64,000 nucleotides of DNA from contig NC_043007.1 in the NCBI RefSeq assembly GCF_006345805.1, positions 72,602,001 to 72,666,000 on the forward strand, given 5' to 3'. A program made the position numbers and the translations under genes. Below the pieces are notes generated by a model. It had not been told where the DNA came from. It saw nothing but the letters and a program-made list of their open reading frames with translations, and ran no database searches. This stretch comes from Octopus sinensis. Its lineage: Eukaryota. Shown one piece after another: positions 38,330 through 51,430 of this stretch; position 1 is the stretch's first letter; each line of letters begins with the position of its first letter.

Positions 38330-38640
38330 GACACAGGCTACTATGAATAGGATAGAACATTGATTGACTACGACATAAAGGGACACGAAAAGATTCATGC
38401 TAGGATTAAGATTATGAGAGTACATTCAAAATGAGATAATTTGAGAATGGAGAGCGGTGACCAATGTGATCACAGACAATAGGTGGACCTGCATAGTTGC
38501 CAAGTGGTATGCAAGAGATTGGAAAAGACCACTTGGTTGCCTCCCACCCCACCCCCTACAATGTGAAGAGAGATTTAGTTAAGCAATTTAGGTCAAGATG
38601 GAAAAGTATGGCGCAATCAAGACAGAATTGGAAGTACATT
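38330..38640 (+). mobile_element. Old RTE-clade LINE 3' remnant (second subfamily)
   Basis: DNRWTCIVAKWYARDWKRPLGCLP resembles DNRWTxxVxEWxPRxxKRPxGRP. Confidence 0.6.
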
Positions 38641-39585
38641 GCAACCAGTTACGTATAACAGCATCTGCTGGTCCGGTTATAATAAAAATTAGAATATTTA
38701 GTTATATAATTATGCATTAGGATTGGCACCCAGCTATAAAAACCATGACAGAGCTTACCAGATTCCATCACACTAAGCTATGTCAGCATGGAAAACCAGT
38801 GCTAAATGATGATTATAATGATGAATGTTCAAATCAATATTATCTTTCCTTAATGCTGGTTTTTATTTCTCTCATAGCTATCAATGTTGTTCCAATTATG
38901 CTAAAATAGAATGTTCTGAACATTCTAGGCGAGGTAAAATTTCGTCCACATTCAAATTTGAAACTTGTAGCAGGAATATGGGCCAAATCCCAGACACCGA
39001 CTCATTGCTTCAGTCTGAATCCTGTGTTCAGATGTGAAAATAATAAACAATAAAACAGGATTCTGTTATGGATTAATGATAGCAGCAAACAACTACCCAT
39101 TCAGGTCTCAGGTAGACACATTAAGAAATCTTTTTCATCAGGAGGTAGTTGATCAGCAAAAACAATAGAACAAACCTGTTCAACATTAGATTCAAATTGT
39201 GATAAAACTACATTATGGGATTGCCATTAACTTTGTCATTGGCAGCTTTTCTTTGACACCTTTGGTTATATGCAATTCGTGTGGCCAGAGACTAGTTAGT
39301 GGCTGTATCACAACCAAGGTCAATGGCTACAGGAACTCACACCACTCAACTTTGGCTACAGAATTTAATGACCACTACAGTCTGCAATCATTGCTAAAAC
39401 ACACATCACTTATGGACATACAGGAACTGACTCATTTGGTATATTTCTTCCCTGCCATGCACTGCAAGCAAAAAACGTTTTTGCGTTGAGCAATAAGTAT
39501 TTGGAACTTCTAACAGACTTTTGGTCTTATGTCAAAAATCAAAATATCTCTTCATTTCAGGGTAATAGAAATTATTCTAAACACC

Positions 39586-42500
39586 TATAAAGGATGGCAA
39601 GGTTTATGATATCAGGAGAATATCGCCTTCATCCATTATCTCTTTTTGTTCTTCATGTAGTTCAGGGTCTGGCAGGTGAAGAGAGAAGACTTCAAGTACG
39701 AATGCAATTTACAACTGGTTTATTTACAGGTTTCACAGGATAGGTGAAGTGTGCTGCTCTCAGCAACCATCTTTAGCTGTGTGCATTGTGTAGTAGTTCC
39801 GTTAGTGCAGGCACATTGCCTCTGGAAGTACAACATACAGACAGGCCCAGCCAATGGAGTGCGATCAGCAAGCGCTGCTACTAAGAGGCAGAAAGAGAGA
39901 ATGAATCTGTTTCTGTTTTTCCCTTATATACAGTTTGCCATCGCGAGCCTCATTGTGATCTCACGCATGGCAAATGGATGCAGGTGAGGTCTTGGAGATG
40001 GCAATTGCTGCCAGGAGATCTCATCCAATATGACACTGACTGCTTGTGCCGCTACAAGGGCTCCCTCCTGAGTGCAGCAGTGTGAAAACAGAATAATTGG
40101 AGCAGGCACAAGAAAGCGCAAAAATGGTAACTGATTGCAACCAACAAGATATGGTACAAAAACGTTACAAGTCATATAGAAAAATAATTGCAAGAAATAT
40201 AAATTGGCATGTACAAAATTTGACAAAATGTTCAATGGTAGAGTATTGGAACTGTCCAGTAACACAAGAAAGCAATTGTCTGTCATAGGAAACACAAAAG
40301 AGATTGTCGGATATAAATAGTTTTAGTGAGTTTTTTGGGCCAATGCACAGTGTGGGCAGTCCTGGTGACAGAGTTTCTTTGTGTTAGGTAGTGGCGATGA
40401 AGGTCGAGGTGTAGGTGATAGTATGCTTAAAGGTGCATATGCAGGTGATTGTAAAGGATCAAAAGTGGGCGTGTTTGGGGTGTCATCGAAGGGTGTGGAC
40501 CTAGCTTTCTTAAGACGGTCAGGAGCAAGTCACCGCAGGCATGAAAAGACAGGTGGCCCAGTGGTGGTAATATAGTGGAGTGTCGAGTGAGTAGGTTTCG
40601 CCGTTTGGAATAGCTGATGCACCAGCTCTGGGAAAGAAGCTAAGAGTGAATAATATGCATCACCAGCAGTGAAAACGGAAAAGGAAGAACTGAGAACAGC
40701 ATTGGTAGTGGCCTTTACAGGTGTAGACAAAGACATAGAACCATCGACAAGTCTCTGTCGCCTGACATCTACCAATTCATTAAAATTGTTCAAAAAGTCC
40801 GCACCCAGAATAGGATGTGGGAGATCTGCTATGACAAAAATCCAACTAAAATCTTAGCGAAGATTAATGTCAATATTTAATGAAATTTGACCATAAGTTG
40901 CAATGGGAGATCAATTGACCGCATGCAAGGTGATCTCTGAGCGCTTTGGCTTGTCTGTAGCGAGACGCAAAGGCCAAATGGAGCAACTAGAACCCATGCC
41001 TGATTAGACACACGGTCCTTCACAAAAATTGCACAGTTTGAGTTTGATTGACCAGAAGTGCTGGACATGCTCAAACCCTCCGCAGGTTGTTTCCCTCCGA
41101 TGGGAAGCAGCAAGGCTGAATGCATTTGTGGGCTTTATGCTGATACTTGGCATGGTACCAACAAAGACCGGAACTAGTTGAAGAGGAATTGGTCGAGTGT
41201 GAATGGGACCGGCTTCGACTGCGATGGTGTGAAGAGTTGTAGCACCATCCCCAAAGCGCATCCATTCGGTGTGTTAAGGAGTCAAGTTTCTCCAAAATAT
41301 CATCCTGTAATGAGGAAGATGCAGCGGAGGAAATCTCTGAGCAAGAACAGACATGGCGAGGTGCTAGCTAGATAGTGAACCCTAAAATCTTATCAGCCAT
41401 GGTAGCTGGTTGATCCACAGTGTTAGTATCAACCATTGTGACTAAAATGGTTTGCACATTGGGAGGTAGCTGAGAGAAGAAAAGCTTCCATAAAAGTGAG
41501 TTGTCCTCAGTCATGTCGCTGAGCTCACAGAGATGCTGTAAAAATTGAGATAGCATCCTGTCTCCTAACCCCTCAGCTTGCATAAGCTGCTTAAACTTAG
41601 ACTCCACAGATTTAGTGTTCCGTCGGAGCACCTTGGATTTGACTACCTCGTAGGTCGTATCCAGGTGAGGATCAGTGATGAGATCCCTGACTGAAGTAGC
41701 GAGTGGTATAGGAATGCTACGAAAGAGAAGATTTAACTGTTGCTGCGGAGGTGCAGCATGTGCCGCAAAATATGCCTCCAACTGAGTGAACAAAAGCGTG
41801 ACGTCACCAGTGAAATGAGGAAGATTGGCTGAACTCATTTTTTTTTGTTTTTTCTCTCTGTCAGAGGAGAAAAAGAAATGGACCAAAAAACCAACAAAAG
41901 TGTTATTGGAAATAGTAGCATGCGTGCGAAAAAAAAAATTTTCTGAATAAAATTTATAGAATGCACAAACAAGAAAAAATTTTGTTGCTAAACCTGTTTT
42001 TTTTTTTGTGCTGAACCCCCCCCCACCCCCCAAAAAATGTGAGAAAAAAACACTGCAATGGTATGTGTGTGCTTGTACCAATAGATATTTTTTCTTCCTT
42101 TTCTTTTGTCAGTTAAAAAATCGCCAGAAAGTGACATGCAACTGGTAAAATTGTTTCCATGTGGGACAATTCAAATGTGGCAGCAGGAACGATGGCTGGA
42201 AGTTGACAGGTGGCTTGCCAGAAGTTGATGGACAGCTGGAGGCATGGCCATTGATGTGTTTACCAGTTGGAAGCGAGTGAAAACCGCCAGTTCATGATTC
42301 AGCTGAGGCATCTATGTGATGAACCTTTTCTATGTTGGGGGTCACCATTTTATAATGGATGGCAAGGTTTACGATATCGGGAGAATATCTCCTTCTTCCA
42401 TCATCTCTTTTGTTCTTCATGTAGTTCAGGCTCCGGCAGGCGAAGAGAGAAGACTTCAAGTACGAATGCAATTTACAACTGGTTTATTTACAGGTTTCAC

Positions 42501-42831
42501 AGGACAGATGAAGTGTGGTGCTCTCAGCAATCATCTTTAGCTGTGTGCGTTGTGTAGTAGCTCCGTTATTGCGGGCACATTGCCTCTGGAGGTACAACAT
42601 ACAGACAGGCCCAGCCAATGGAGTGCAATCAGCAAGTGCTGCTGCTAAGAGGCGGAAAGAGAGAATGAATCTGTTTCTGTTTTGCCCTTATATACAGTTT
42701 GCCTTCGCGAGCTTTGTTATGATCTTGTGCATGGCAAATGGATGCAGGTGAGGTCTCACTCCAGTCTCAGAGATGGCAATGGCTTCCGCAAAACCTCATC
42801 CAATATGGTGCTGACTGCTTGTGCTGCTACA
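39586..42831 (-). mobile_element. Gypsy (CsRN1-like) LTR retrotransposon: two LTRs, gag and protease, RT/RH/IN deleted
   Basis: LTRs 42351-42831 and 39586-40056, 4-bp TSD cacc, PBS TGGTGACCCC (42338-42347), PPT at 40057-40070, gag from ATG 41838 (LGDRMLSQFL, LFFSQLP, CWYHAKY...KCIQPC), protease remnant with ILGADFL. Confidence 0.93.
41368..41838 (-). pseudogene. Gypsy gag N-terminal ORF (continues after disruption at 41295-41071)
   Basis: MSSANLPHFTGDVTLLFTQLEAYF...PATMADKI, typical CsRN1/Kabuki-type gag. Confidence 0.85.
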
Positions 42832-43317
42832 CACCATAAGCTATGAACAATTTCCTGTTAACTATAATTCGTATTTCATAACATTAATCATAGAAGTTAG
42901 AATAGGTAAAGATTGATGATGTAATGGTTACATTCTGATTAGAATTAACTTAAGATGTATGTTTCTCTCACAAAACCATATTTTCAAATATTGGCTCTCA
43001 TATATATGACTAATGACATTATACACTTGTTATAGTGAACACTAATTACTGTCAGGCGTTAATTATAACTATTTACCAATTAGCCTTTGTTTCTCATTCT
43101 TCCTTTCCTCCTAAAAATTCCATCCCATGAGCCTATATCCTCTATTACTATTAATTAGTATTACATAAACATTGTTTTCTTTTTGAAGAGTTATTACCAA
43201 TTAAATGCATTAACTTTGAATACAGGCAACAATTATGATTCATTTGTCTATTTCTATTATATTAACTAACAAAAACAACATTTATACATTTGATTCCCAA
43301 TTTGTGTAAATTTTTGT

Positions 43318-43709
43318 AGGAGTGGCTGTGTGGTAAGTAGCTTGCTAACCAACCACATGGTTGCGGGTTCAGTCCCACTGCATGGCATCTTGGGTAAGTG
43401 TCTTCTGCTATAGCCCTGGGCCGACCAATGCCTTGTGAGTGGATTTGGTAGACGGAAACTGAAAGAAGCCTGTCGTATATATGTATATATATATATATAT
43501 GTGTGTGTGTGTGATTGTGTGTCTGTGTTTGTCCCCTAGCATTGCTGGTGTGTTTACGTCCCCGTCACTTAGCGGTTCGGCAAAAGAGACCGATAGAATA
43601 AGTACTGGGCTTACAAAGAATAAGTCCCGGGGTCGATTTGCTCGACTAAAAGGCGGTGCTCTAGCATGGCCGCAGTCAAATGACTGAAACAAGTAAAAGA
43701 GTAAAGAGA
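43318..43709 (+). mobile_element. SINE family A copy (young), abutting an antisense SINE tail at 43710-43920
   Basis: Near-identical to consensus; reverse tail ctgtgaccatgttggggcacc follows directly. Confidence 0.9.
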
Positions 43710-44224
43710 GTTTTTCACTGTGACCATGTTGGGGCACCACACTGAAGGGTTTTCATAGAATGAATTGACCGCAGAACTTTCTTTTTTAAAGCCTGGTACT
43801 TATTCTACTGGTTTCTTTTGCCAAACCATTAAGATACGGGACCATAAACACACCAACACCAATTATCATGTGGTGGTGGTTGGCGGGGGGTAAACACAGA
43901 CACTCAAAAACAAAAACACACACACATGTATATGATGTATGAATGTTGAGCTTTTTTTGCTGAACTACCTGCACAAATGATTTGTTTATAGTGATCAAAT
44001 CTGTATGTGCTGTATGTTAGCTCTGTATGTGCCATACATTCACTCTCTTCCTCCATCAAATTGACATCCAAACAGGTGCACGGTGTGCCATGCGTCAGGT
44101 GTCAAGGTGAATGTAGAGCAACATGAGATAAAGTGTTTTGCTCAAGAACACAACACACTACCCAGTCTAGGAACTGAAATCACAAACCTGCAATTGTGAG
44201 TGCAACACCCAAACCATTAGGTTT

Positions 44225-44410
44225 TATATGTGTGTATATATACATGTGTGTGTGATAAGCTCCTTTCAGTTCCCATCTACCAAATCTGCTTACAAGGCTT
44301 TGGTTGGCCTAAAGCTATAACAGAAGACACTTGCCCAAGGTGTCACACAGTGGAACTGAACCCAGAACCATGTGGTTGGAAAGAAAGCTTCTTATCACAC
44401 AACCGCACCT
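44225..44410 (-). mobile_element. SINE family A 5' part
   Basis: Reverse-complement head (gaactgaacccagaaccatgtggttgg). Confidence 0.75.
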
Positions 44411-46059
44411 GTGTAATTTTTCTCATGTTACGTCTAATTTCTCTTTATTCACCTCATAGTACTTATTTGCTCAATAAATAAATTTAGAATAATTGCAAGT
44501 GCTCAAAGATTGTGTTAGAATTTATAAAGTACTGTAACAATCTCTTGTAATAATGCTTATTTTTTTTTTAACCCATTGTGTCTGCCAGATCAAGATTGAA
44601 GCCTGGTGCAGCCATCTGGTTCGCCAGCCCTCAGTCAATCGTCCAACCCATGCTAGCATGGAAAGCAGACGTTAAATGATGATGATATACAACAATCAAA
44701 TTTTTTGAAAGAAAATGAGATACGTTTATACTTGTTATAAGTAAATTAAAATCACTTTTCTATTTCTTCAAAAACACCCAACAAATATGAAAGGATGCTG
44801 GAATCAACATATTTTGACTGACACTGGATTAGACATATAATTTGGAGAAATGTTTTTATCGATATGTCAGTAGAAAATAATGTCATGAAGAGTAAGAGAA
44901 AGAGAAAGGACAAAAAGTTATCTCAATGCTAAAAATGCCTGTCTTGCAGTCAAATCAGTTTTAGTAATTGAAATCTTGAATAATAAAAGTAACTTCAAAA
45001 TCACATTTTGATAAAAATATATTAAAATTAGAATTTTAAAATATTTTCTAGACAGTGTAGACTTTAATAATTACTTTCTTTTAGTAAAAGTTACTTACTA
45101 CAATCTAATTAACAAACAGCTTTATTTAATATATTGTATAGACTGATACTATAAAGAGCACAAAAGCAACTTCATCTGCAGTGACCAGTATGAATAAATT
45201 TTGCATTGAATGTGATTCAGTGCAAAATGGAAAGATAGTTATTTTTTCATTGAATGGGAAATTTCTCACCTGTTACAGTTTATAGAAATGTACAAATTTG
45301 AAGACCAGTATGAAATATAATTAAAAAAATGAAAAATGAAAATAAATAAATAAATGACTCAGTGTTTAGATAAGCTAACCATTTTAAGATAATCTTTATA
45401 CAAACAGTAAACTATTTAAAAACAAACAAATATGAATAAAAGCCTTATGTAAAATATATGGAAGTTAAGATGTATGAAAATTAATTGCACAGAAATTAAA
45501 AGCACAAACCAAAGACAAGTTTGTTAAAGAAGTTATAGTTGCTATTGCATGAATTTTAACTCAATAGAAAGTTATTATTGTTTGAGAATTTTAATTCACT
45601 ATGAAGAACAGTTTCTAACCAGAATAAAGAAAAGGCAACTTGCTATAAATATAATAGAGGTAGACATATTTCCTGTACGTAAGATAACAGCAAACTTTAC
45701 AATACAAAAAGAGTTACTCGCTTTGAAATCAGTGTATGAATAGATGAGGTGAAGGTTGTTTTTTTGCTGTTTGTTTTTATCTGAGGTCAAATAAGCCATA
45801 AGAGATTGCACAAAAAAAAAATTACAGAGTATCATTTACGGTAGAATCTCAAAAAGTATTTGTTGCTTTAAATCAAGAAAGAATTGTAGGATGATCAACT
45901 GACTTCTCTTTCTCTCTCACTTTCCCACCTCCCTCTGTTTCCTTGTCCTATTGGGGTAACCAAGTATCTTCTCTGTAGTAACACAGCTATCCTTGACTTG
46001 CTATCGTACATCAGCCTCACGCCTGGCACAGAGTCACTTCTCTCAGTTGAGACATCCTT

Positions 46060-46580
46060 GTCATGCAAGCCATTCGATGACCCTGCAAGTACTGGTGTCA
46101 TGTAAAAAGCACCTATGTCAGTGCCATGTAAACTGCACCTGTGCTATCGCCATGTAATATGCAGCTGTGTTGGCACCATGTAAAATGCACCCATGCCAGT
46201 ATCACATAAAATGTACCATGTGAAATGCATCCATGTCAGCATCATACAAAATTTACTCATGTTGGTGCCACATAAATTGCACCCATGCTGGCACCATGTA
46301 AAATGCACCTGTGCCAGCACCACATAAACAGAACCCATGCCAGCACCATGTAAAGAGTATGGCACCACATAAAAAGCACCCATTCCGAGTCACATAAAAG
46401 CTCTCATGCTGGTGCCACAAAAGCACTCATGCTGATACCATGCAAAAAGCACACATGCTGGCACCACTTAAAGTACACTCAATAAAGTGGTTGGCATTAG
46501 GAAGGGCATCCAGCTGTAGAAATCATGCCAAAACAGACGACTGGGACCTGGCTCAGCCCTCCAGCTTGCTAGTTCCTGTC
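46060..46580 (+). repeat. RTE 3' tail with ~25-bp tandem array (about 15 units)
   Basis: Repeated catgctggcaccatgtaaaatgcacc-like units followed by the RTE tail gtggttggcattaggaagggcatccagctg. Confidence 0.8.
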
Positions 46581-46589
46581 AAACCATAA

Positions 46590-47330
46590 GTTTCTGAAGG
46601 ACATCAAAGTGTTACATAATAAATTATTGAAACAATTCTGTGTTTCACTGGTTCAACATATGGCATAAGCTCACAAATTTCTATCTGTTGAAATATGTAG
46701 TGAGACTCTTCTTGGATGTCAAAGACCTTATCTTGAAATTTGAGAACCAAGCTCTTTATGTAATTTGATGTTCTGGGCTTGATATGACTAACATAAACAA
46801 TCTAAGTTTGAAATTACAAGGACCAAATAATTTTCTTATCACATTCCTTGCTACTATCAGGAGCTTTGAATCAATATCACAATTGTTTATCAGACAACTA
46901 GAAAAACAAAATAATTCATTAAACATTTTTCTACCACTAAAAGAACAGAAATCCAAAGCAATAGTAGTGGCTATTCCTGCATTGTGTTTTAACCTTTAGA
47001 ATCAATTCCAAAAGTGGCTTCAAGAATTAAAAAGTCATGAATTAAAACTATGAATATTTAAAATTCCTGTCAGTGAGATGAAGCCAGATGAAGATCCTAA
47101 TTTCTGTAACTTGAGTAAATTCATTTTACAAATGTATGATGCCTTGGCACCCAAATTTGATAGTTACCAATACAAACAATGTGTTCTGCATTAAACTTAG
47201 CCAAGAACCACTTCCCTGTGACACAGATAAAAATCTTCCAAATCAATAAAGAATGGTTACATTGTCAATACCATCTAATAGAGTTTTTTAAAGTAATGCA
47301 GAATTTACTCATTAACATGCCAAGTAAGAA
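46590..47330 (+). mobile_element. Degraded hAT (Charlie/SPIN/GTF2IRD2-like) transposase 3' remnant
   Basis: DMTNINNLSLKLQGPNN...IRSFESISQLFIRQLE resembles DITxHLNxLNxKLQG of Buster/Charlie hATs. Confidence 0.65.
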
Positions 47331-47959
47331 TTTAATTAATAATTAAAATATTATACTGTATACTATTATAAATAAATATTATTTTATAGGTGGTACATAA
47401 AAAGCACCCACTACACTCACGGAGTGGTTGGCGTTATGAAGGGCATCCAGCTGTAGAAACATTGCCAGATAAGACCGGAGCCTGGTGCAGCCTTCTGGCT
47501 TCCCAGATCCCCGGTCGAACCATCCAACCCATGCTAGCATGGAGAACGGACGTTAAACGATGATGATGATGATGATACCAATGAAGTCAGCTGTTGTGGC
47601 TTTCCATACAGATCAGTGCACTATTTCCTGCAGAAGATAAGTCTGGAATCAAGGCAACTGAAGAAAACCGTCATGGAAACAGGCATAGCAGTTGAAACTA
47701 GCTCAAGATGACTGTTGTTGATAAGAAGCCACAAGTGGAACCCTACTCAGGTGAAGCATACAGACTACAGATTGAAACACTTGAAACCCTGAGATACCTG
47801 CCGATGATATGGAAGGATTTCCAGTATTGCAAAGGATTTAAAAGAGCTTGCAAAACCCCTGAGTAGTTGCTGCAGTTTCTGTGTGGCTCAAAGCATCTCT
47901 GATGTTTATTTCACCTATGACATCTTGGGTATTTTAATATTTCAATAAAATCGTATAAC

Positions 47960-49205
47960 TACAAGGGTAGGCTGAAAAGTTCCTAGGCTGACTATGAAGG
48001 AGTGATGCTAGAGTTGTGAAATCTTGTGTACATTAATTTCAATGCTTCTTATTAATACATGCATTGTTTTTTTCCCAGTAAACTGTCAGCTGACTGTTTA
48101 AAGATGACTTTAAAAGTAACTAGTAATGACTTCTCTTGAAAGCAGATAAAATTTAGCATTGTGGTGTTATCAAGTACCTGCAGGAAAAGGGTTTAGCCCC
48201 AAAGGACATTGATGTTGCCATGGTTGCTATATTAGGAGATGATGCTCCAGCTTTATCAAAAGTGCAAAAGTGGGAAGCTGAATGTAGGACAGGAAGGAGA
48301 GTCTTGAAGAGGACCCAATGTCTGGATATTCTGCAACTGCCACCACCAAGGAAAACATTGATAATTTTTCACCATATGCTGATGGATGACAAGCAACTGT
48401 CATAAATCAAATGGCCAATGCTACTAGAATATCTCATGAGAAAGTTGAGAATATTCTGTCCAATGAATGAAGGTTCTGCTCAGTGGGTGTCATGTCTTCT
48501 GACACCTGATCAAAAGTGCACCAGGCTGACGATATCACAGGAAAATCTGACATTGTTTGAGGCATACTCAGCTGGCTTCCTTGAGCATTTCCTAACCCAG
48601 GATGAGGGTTGGGTTCATCACTTTGAGCCAGAGATAAAGAGACATTCCATGCAATGGAAACACCCTTCCTCACTAGCTCCAAATAAAACTAAGGTCATTT
48701 TATCTGCAGGGAAGGTGATGGCCTTAGTTTTTTGGGATGCAAAAGGCATTGTGTTTATCAACTATCTTCAAAAGGACCACATCATCAATGGAGAGTACTA
48801 TACCAACTAGCTAAGGTAATTATGAAAGACTGGTGTTGTTTCATCAGGGCAATGCTTCAGCTCATAAGTCCTTGGTTTCAATGGCTACTGTGCATGACTG
48901 TGACTTTGAATTGGTTGATCACCCACCCTATTTTCCTGATGTGGCTCCATCTGACTATCATCTATTCCCCTACATGAAAATAAAAATTGGCTGGGAACCA
49001 GTATCGCAGTGATGATGACATCATATCTGCTGTTGTTACTAGTTACTTCTGAAGTCTTCTTTGAACAGTCACATGTCGGCTTACCTGGAAAGAAACAATG
49101 CAATTATTAATTTAAAAAAGAGTTGAAATTAATGCATGCAAGGTTTCACAGCTCTAGCATCACTCCTTTATAGGTATCCTATGAAATTTTCAGCCCACCT
49201 TTCTA
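47960..49205 (+). mobile_element. Degraded mariner transposon, near full length
   Basis: Inverted termini 47960-48042 / 49123-49205; transposase motifs VQKWEAE, FLTQDEGWVHHFEPE, GKVMALVFWDAKG, HPPYFPDVAPSDYHLF. Confidence 0.92.
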
Positions 49206-49814
49206 TCTGGTGTATTATTTTTCTCAGTGCAACTGTATCCCTAAATGTTCTTATGAATTTGCAGTCCCCACTGCTAAAACAGTCCCCACCACTGTTCTAA
49301 AGTAAGTTTAACATTGATTTATAAAATAAATGCTTTGTGTTTAAATGACACTACAGGATGTATAAATAGTACAGAAAATATAAACCATATGTGCAAGAGA
49401 GAGCAAACCAATTTGAAAAAATATCTAACTGTTGCTATGAAATAAGAAACTAAGAAACACAGTCATTATTAAAACATATATAATGATAGAGACATTTAAA
49501 TCCTTATTTACTTGCAATAAATATATCTGAAATAATGATCTATTATTTTATACTTCTGTTGATAAAATGTAGACATTTAACATACGATCATAATGTTAAT
49601 GCATAGCTCTGATTGACACACTTCCTGTGTATACATTAACAACAGCTAAGAACTAACTTATGTCTTGTAAACAAAAGAACTGCCAAACTGTGACGGCTTC
49701 TAATGTTGTGTCAACAGCATGTATTAAAGTTTTGAATCTCAAAAGACAATGAGAAGTACACATAACCTAGATACTTCCTGATACAATTTCTATGAATTAA
49801 GGTCTTGGAAACAG

Positions 49815-50070
49815 CAGGCATGGCTGTGTGGTAAGAAGTTTGATTCCCAACCACAGAGTTCTGGGTTCAGTCCCAATGTGTGGCACCTTGGGCAAGTGTC
49901 TTCTACTATAGCCTCAGACCAACCAAAGCCTTGTGAGTGGATTTGGTAGATGGAAACTGCTTGACAACTGGTGTTGGCATGTTTACATCCCTATAATTTA
50001 GCAGTCTGGCAAAAAGTAACCAGGCCTGAAAAAAAAGCCCTGAGGTTGATTTATTCAATTAAAAAAGTTC
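49815..50070 (+). mobile_element. SINE family A, internally deleted
   Basis: Head ggcatggctgtgtggtaagaag; central microsatellite absent. Confidence 0.8.
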
Positions 50071-50526
50071 AAAATGATAAGATCAATAAAACAGATCTTC
50101 CAAAGCCGACCCAATTTCATTTAACAGTTCTGGCCCACATCCATAAGCCTTCACCCTCTAATATGCTACAATCATTAGCTTATCAATGCATTAATCACTG
50201 TTTCTTTCAACTAACAATCTAGATACCAACCACCTCTGTCTGAAATACTTTGACGCTTCCTCTATTTTGCTCTGTACAGACTTGTTTATTTTCTATAAAA
50301 TTGTACTCAAGCAAGATTTCTAAGGAAAATAAGCTTGATATTGCAAAATATTTCTTTAACTTTATGTCACTTGACCTTCGAGAACAGCAACGATAAATGT
50401 TTCACCATGTCTTGAAATTGTAAAGGAATGTGGAAAAGTTGCAAAAAATTCACTTATTTGTAGTTATTACAGTAAAATTCATTCTAATGGAAAGTCAATT
50501 TAAATGTATATATAATATATATTTTA

Positions 50527-51430
50527 TGGGAGCTGCTATATGCAGATGACCTTGCTCTTATTGCAGAATCTTTAGCAGAATTGGAGAAAAATTCCAGGAA
50601 TGAAAACAAAACCTGGAATCAAAAGGCCTTAAAGTTAACCTAACAAAGTTGTTGTTAGTAAGACAGAAAATAAAACTCTCTTTCCATCAGGTAAATGGCC
50701 CTACTCAATATGTAGGAAAGGAGTTGGAAGAAATTCCATTTGCTGCAACCAGTGCAAAGTATGGACACATAAGAGGTGCAACGGAATCACACGTAGATTA
50801 ACAGATAATGTTGTCTTTGTATGTGGAATATGTGCAGGAACAATAAACACTAAGAGCACACGGGGCTTAGATTCTCTCAAATGCCCAGGATGCTCTCTTG
50901 AGGTTGTAGGTAGTTTCTGTTACATAGGTGAGCAAATTAGCAATGGTGGAGGATGTTCTGAAAGTATTGTTTCTAGAATAAGAATTGGGTGGAGGAAGTT
51001 CAGAGAGCTATTATCTCTGTTTGCAACTAAAGGACTCTCTGTCAGAGTGAAAGGTCGACTATACGATGCTTGCAGCAAACATGTATAGACTGGAGAGAAA
51101 TGTAGGTAGTATGCTCTGTTGGATGTGAAACATCAGTGCACATGTACGACAAAGTGCAAATGTTTTGAGAGAAAAGTTGCGCATAAGAGGAATCAAATGT
51201 AGCATGCAAGAGAGAAGACTATGTTGGTTTGGACATGTGATGTGTATAAATGAGGACAACTGCATAAAGAAGTGCTGATCACTAAAAGTAGATGGTACCC
51301 ACAGAAGAGGGAGACCCAAGAAGACATAGGATGAAGTAGTAAGGGCCAATCTCAGGATGTTGGGCTTCACAGAGGAAATAACAATGAACCAAGATGTCTG
51401 GTGCGATAAAGTTCTTGAGAAGACCTGCCC
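50527..51430 (+). mobile_element. 5'-truncated RTE LINE
   Basis: WELLYADDLALIAES (RT YADD) through Cys-rich segment to GRPKKT...VVRANLR. Confidence 0.9.

Noticed and set aside
38900-39520. Possible old CR1/L2 remnant left of the LTR element (FRPH..., AISIWN)
   Set aside because: Similarity too weak to support without an alignment
45718-45780. Minus-strand exon-like segments (IKTNSKKTTFTSSIHTLISKR here; others near 36910-36975, 49480-49500 and 50230-50410)
   Set aside because: Cannot be chained in consistent phase to the 53205 exon, and no homology is recognised
46100-46480. Regularly spaced ~25-bp repeats resembling a CRISPR array (also 21490-21810)
   Set aside because: Units are adjacent and degenerate with no unique spacers, lie inside RTE 3' tails, and the DNA is eukaryotic with no cas genes
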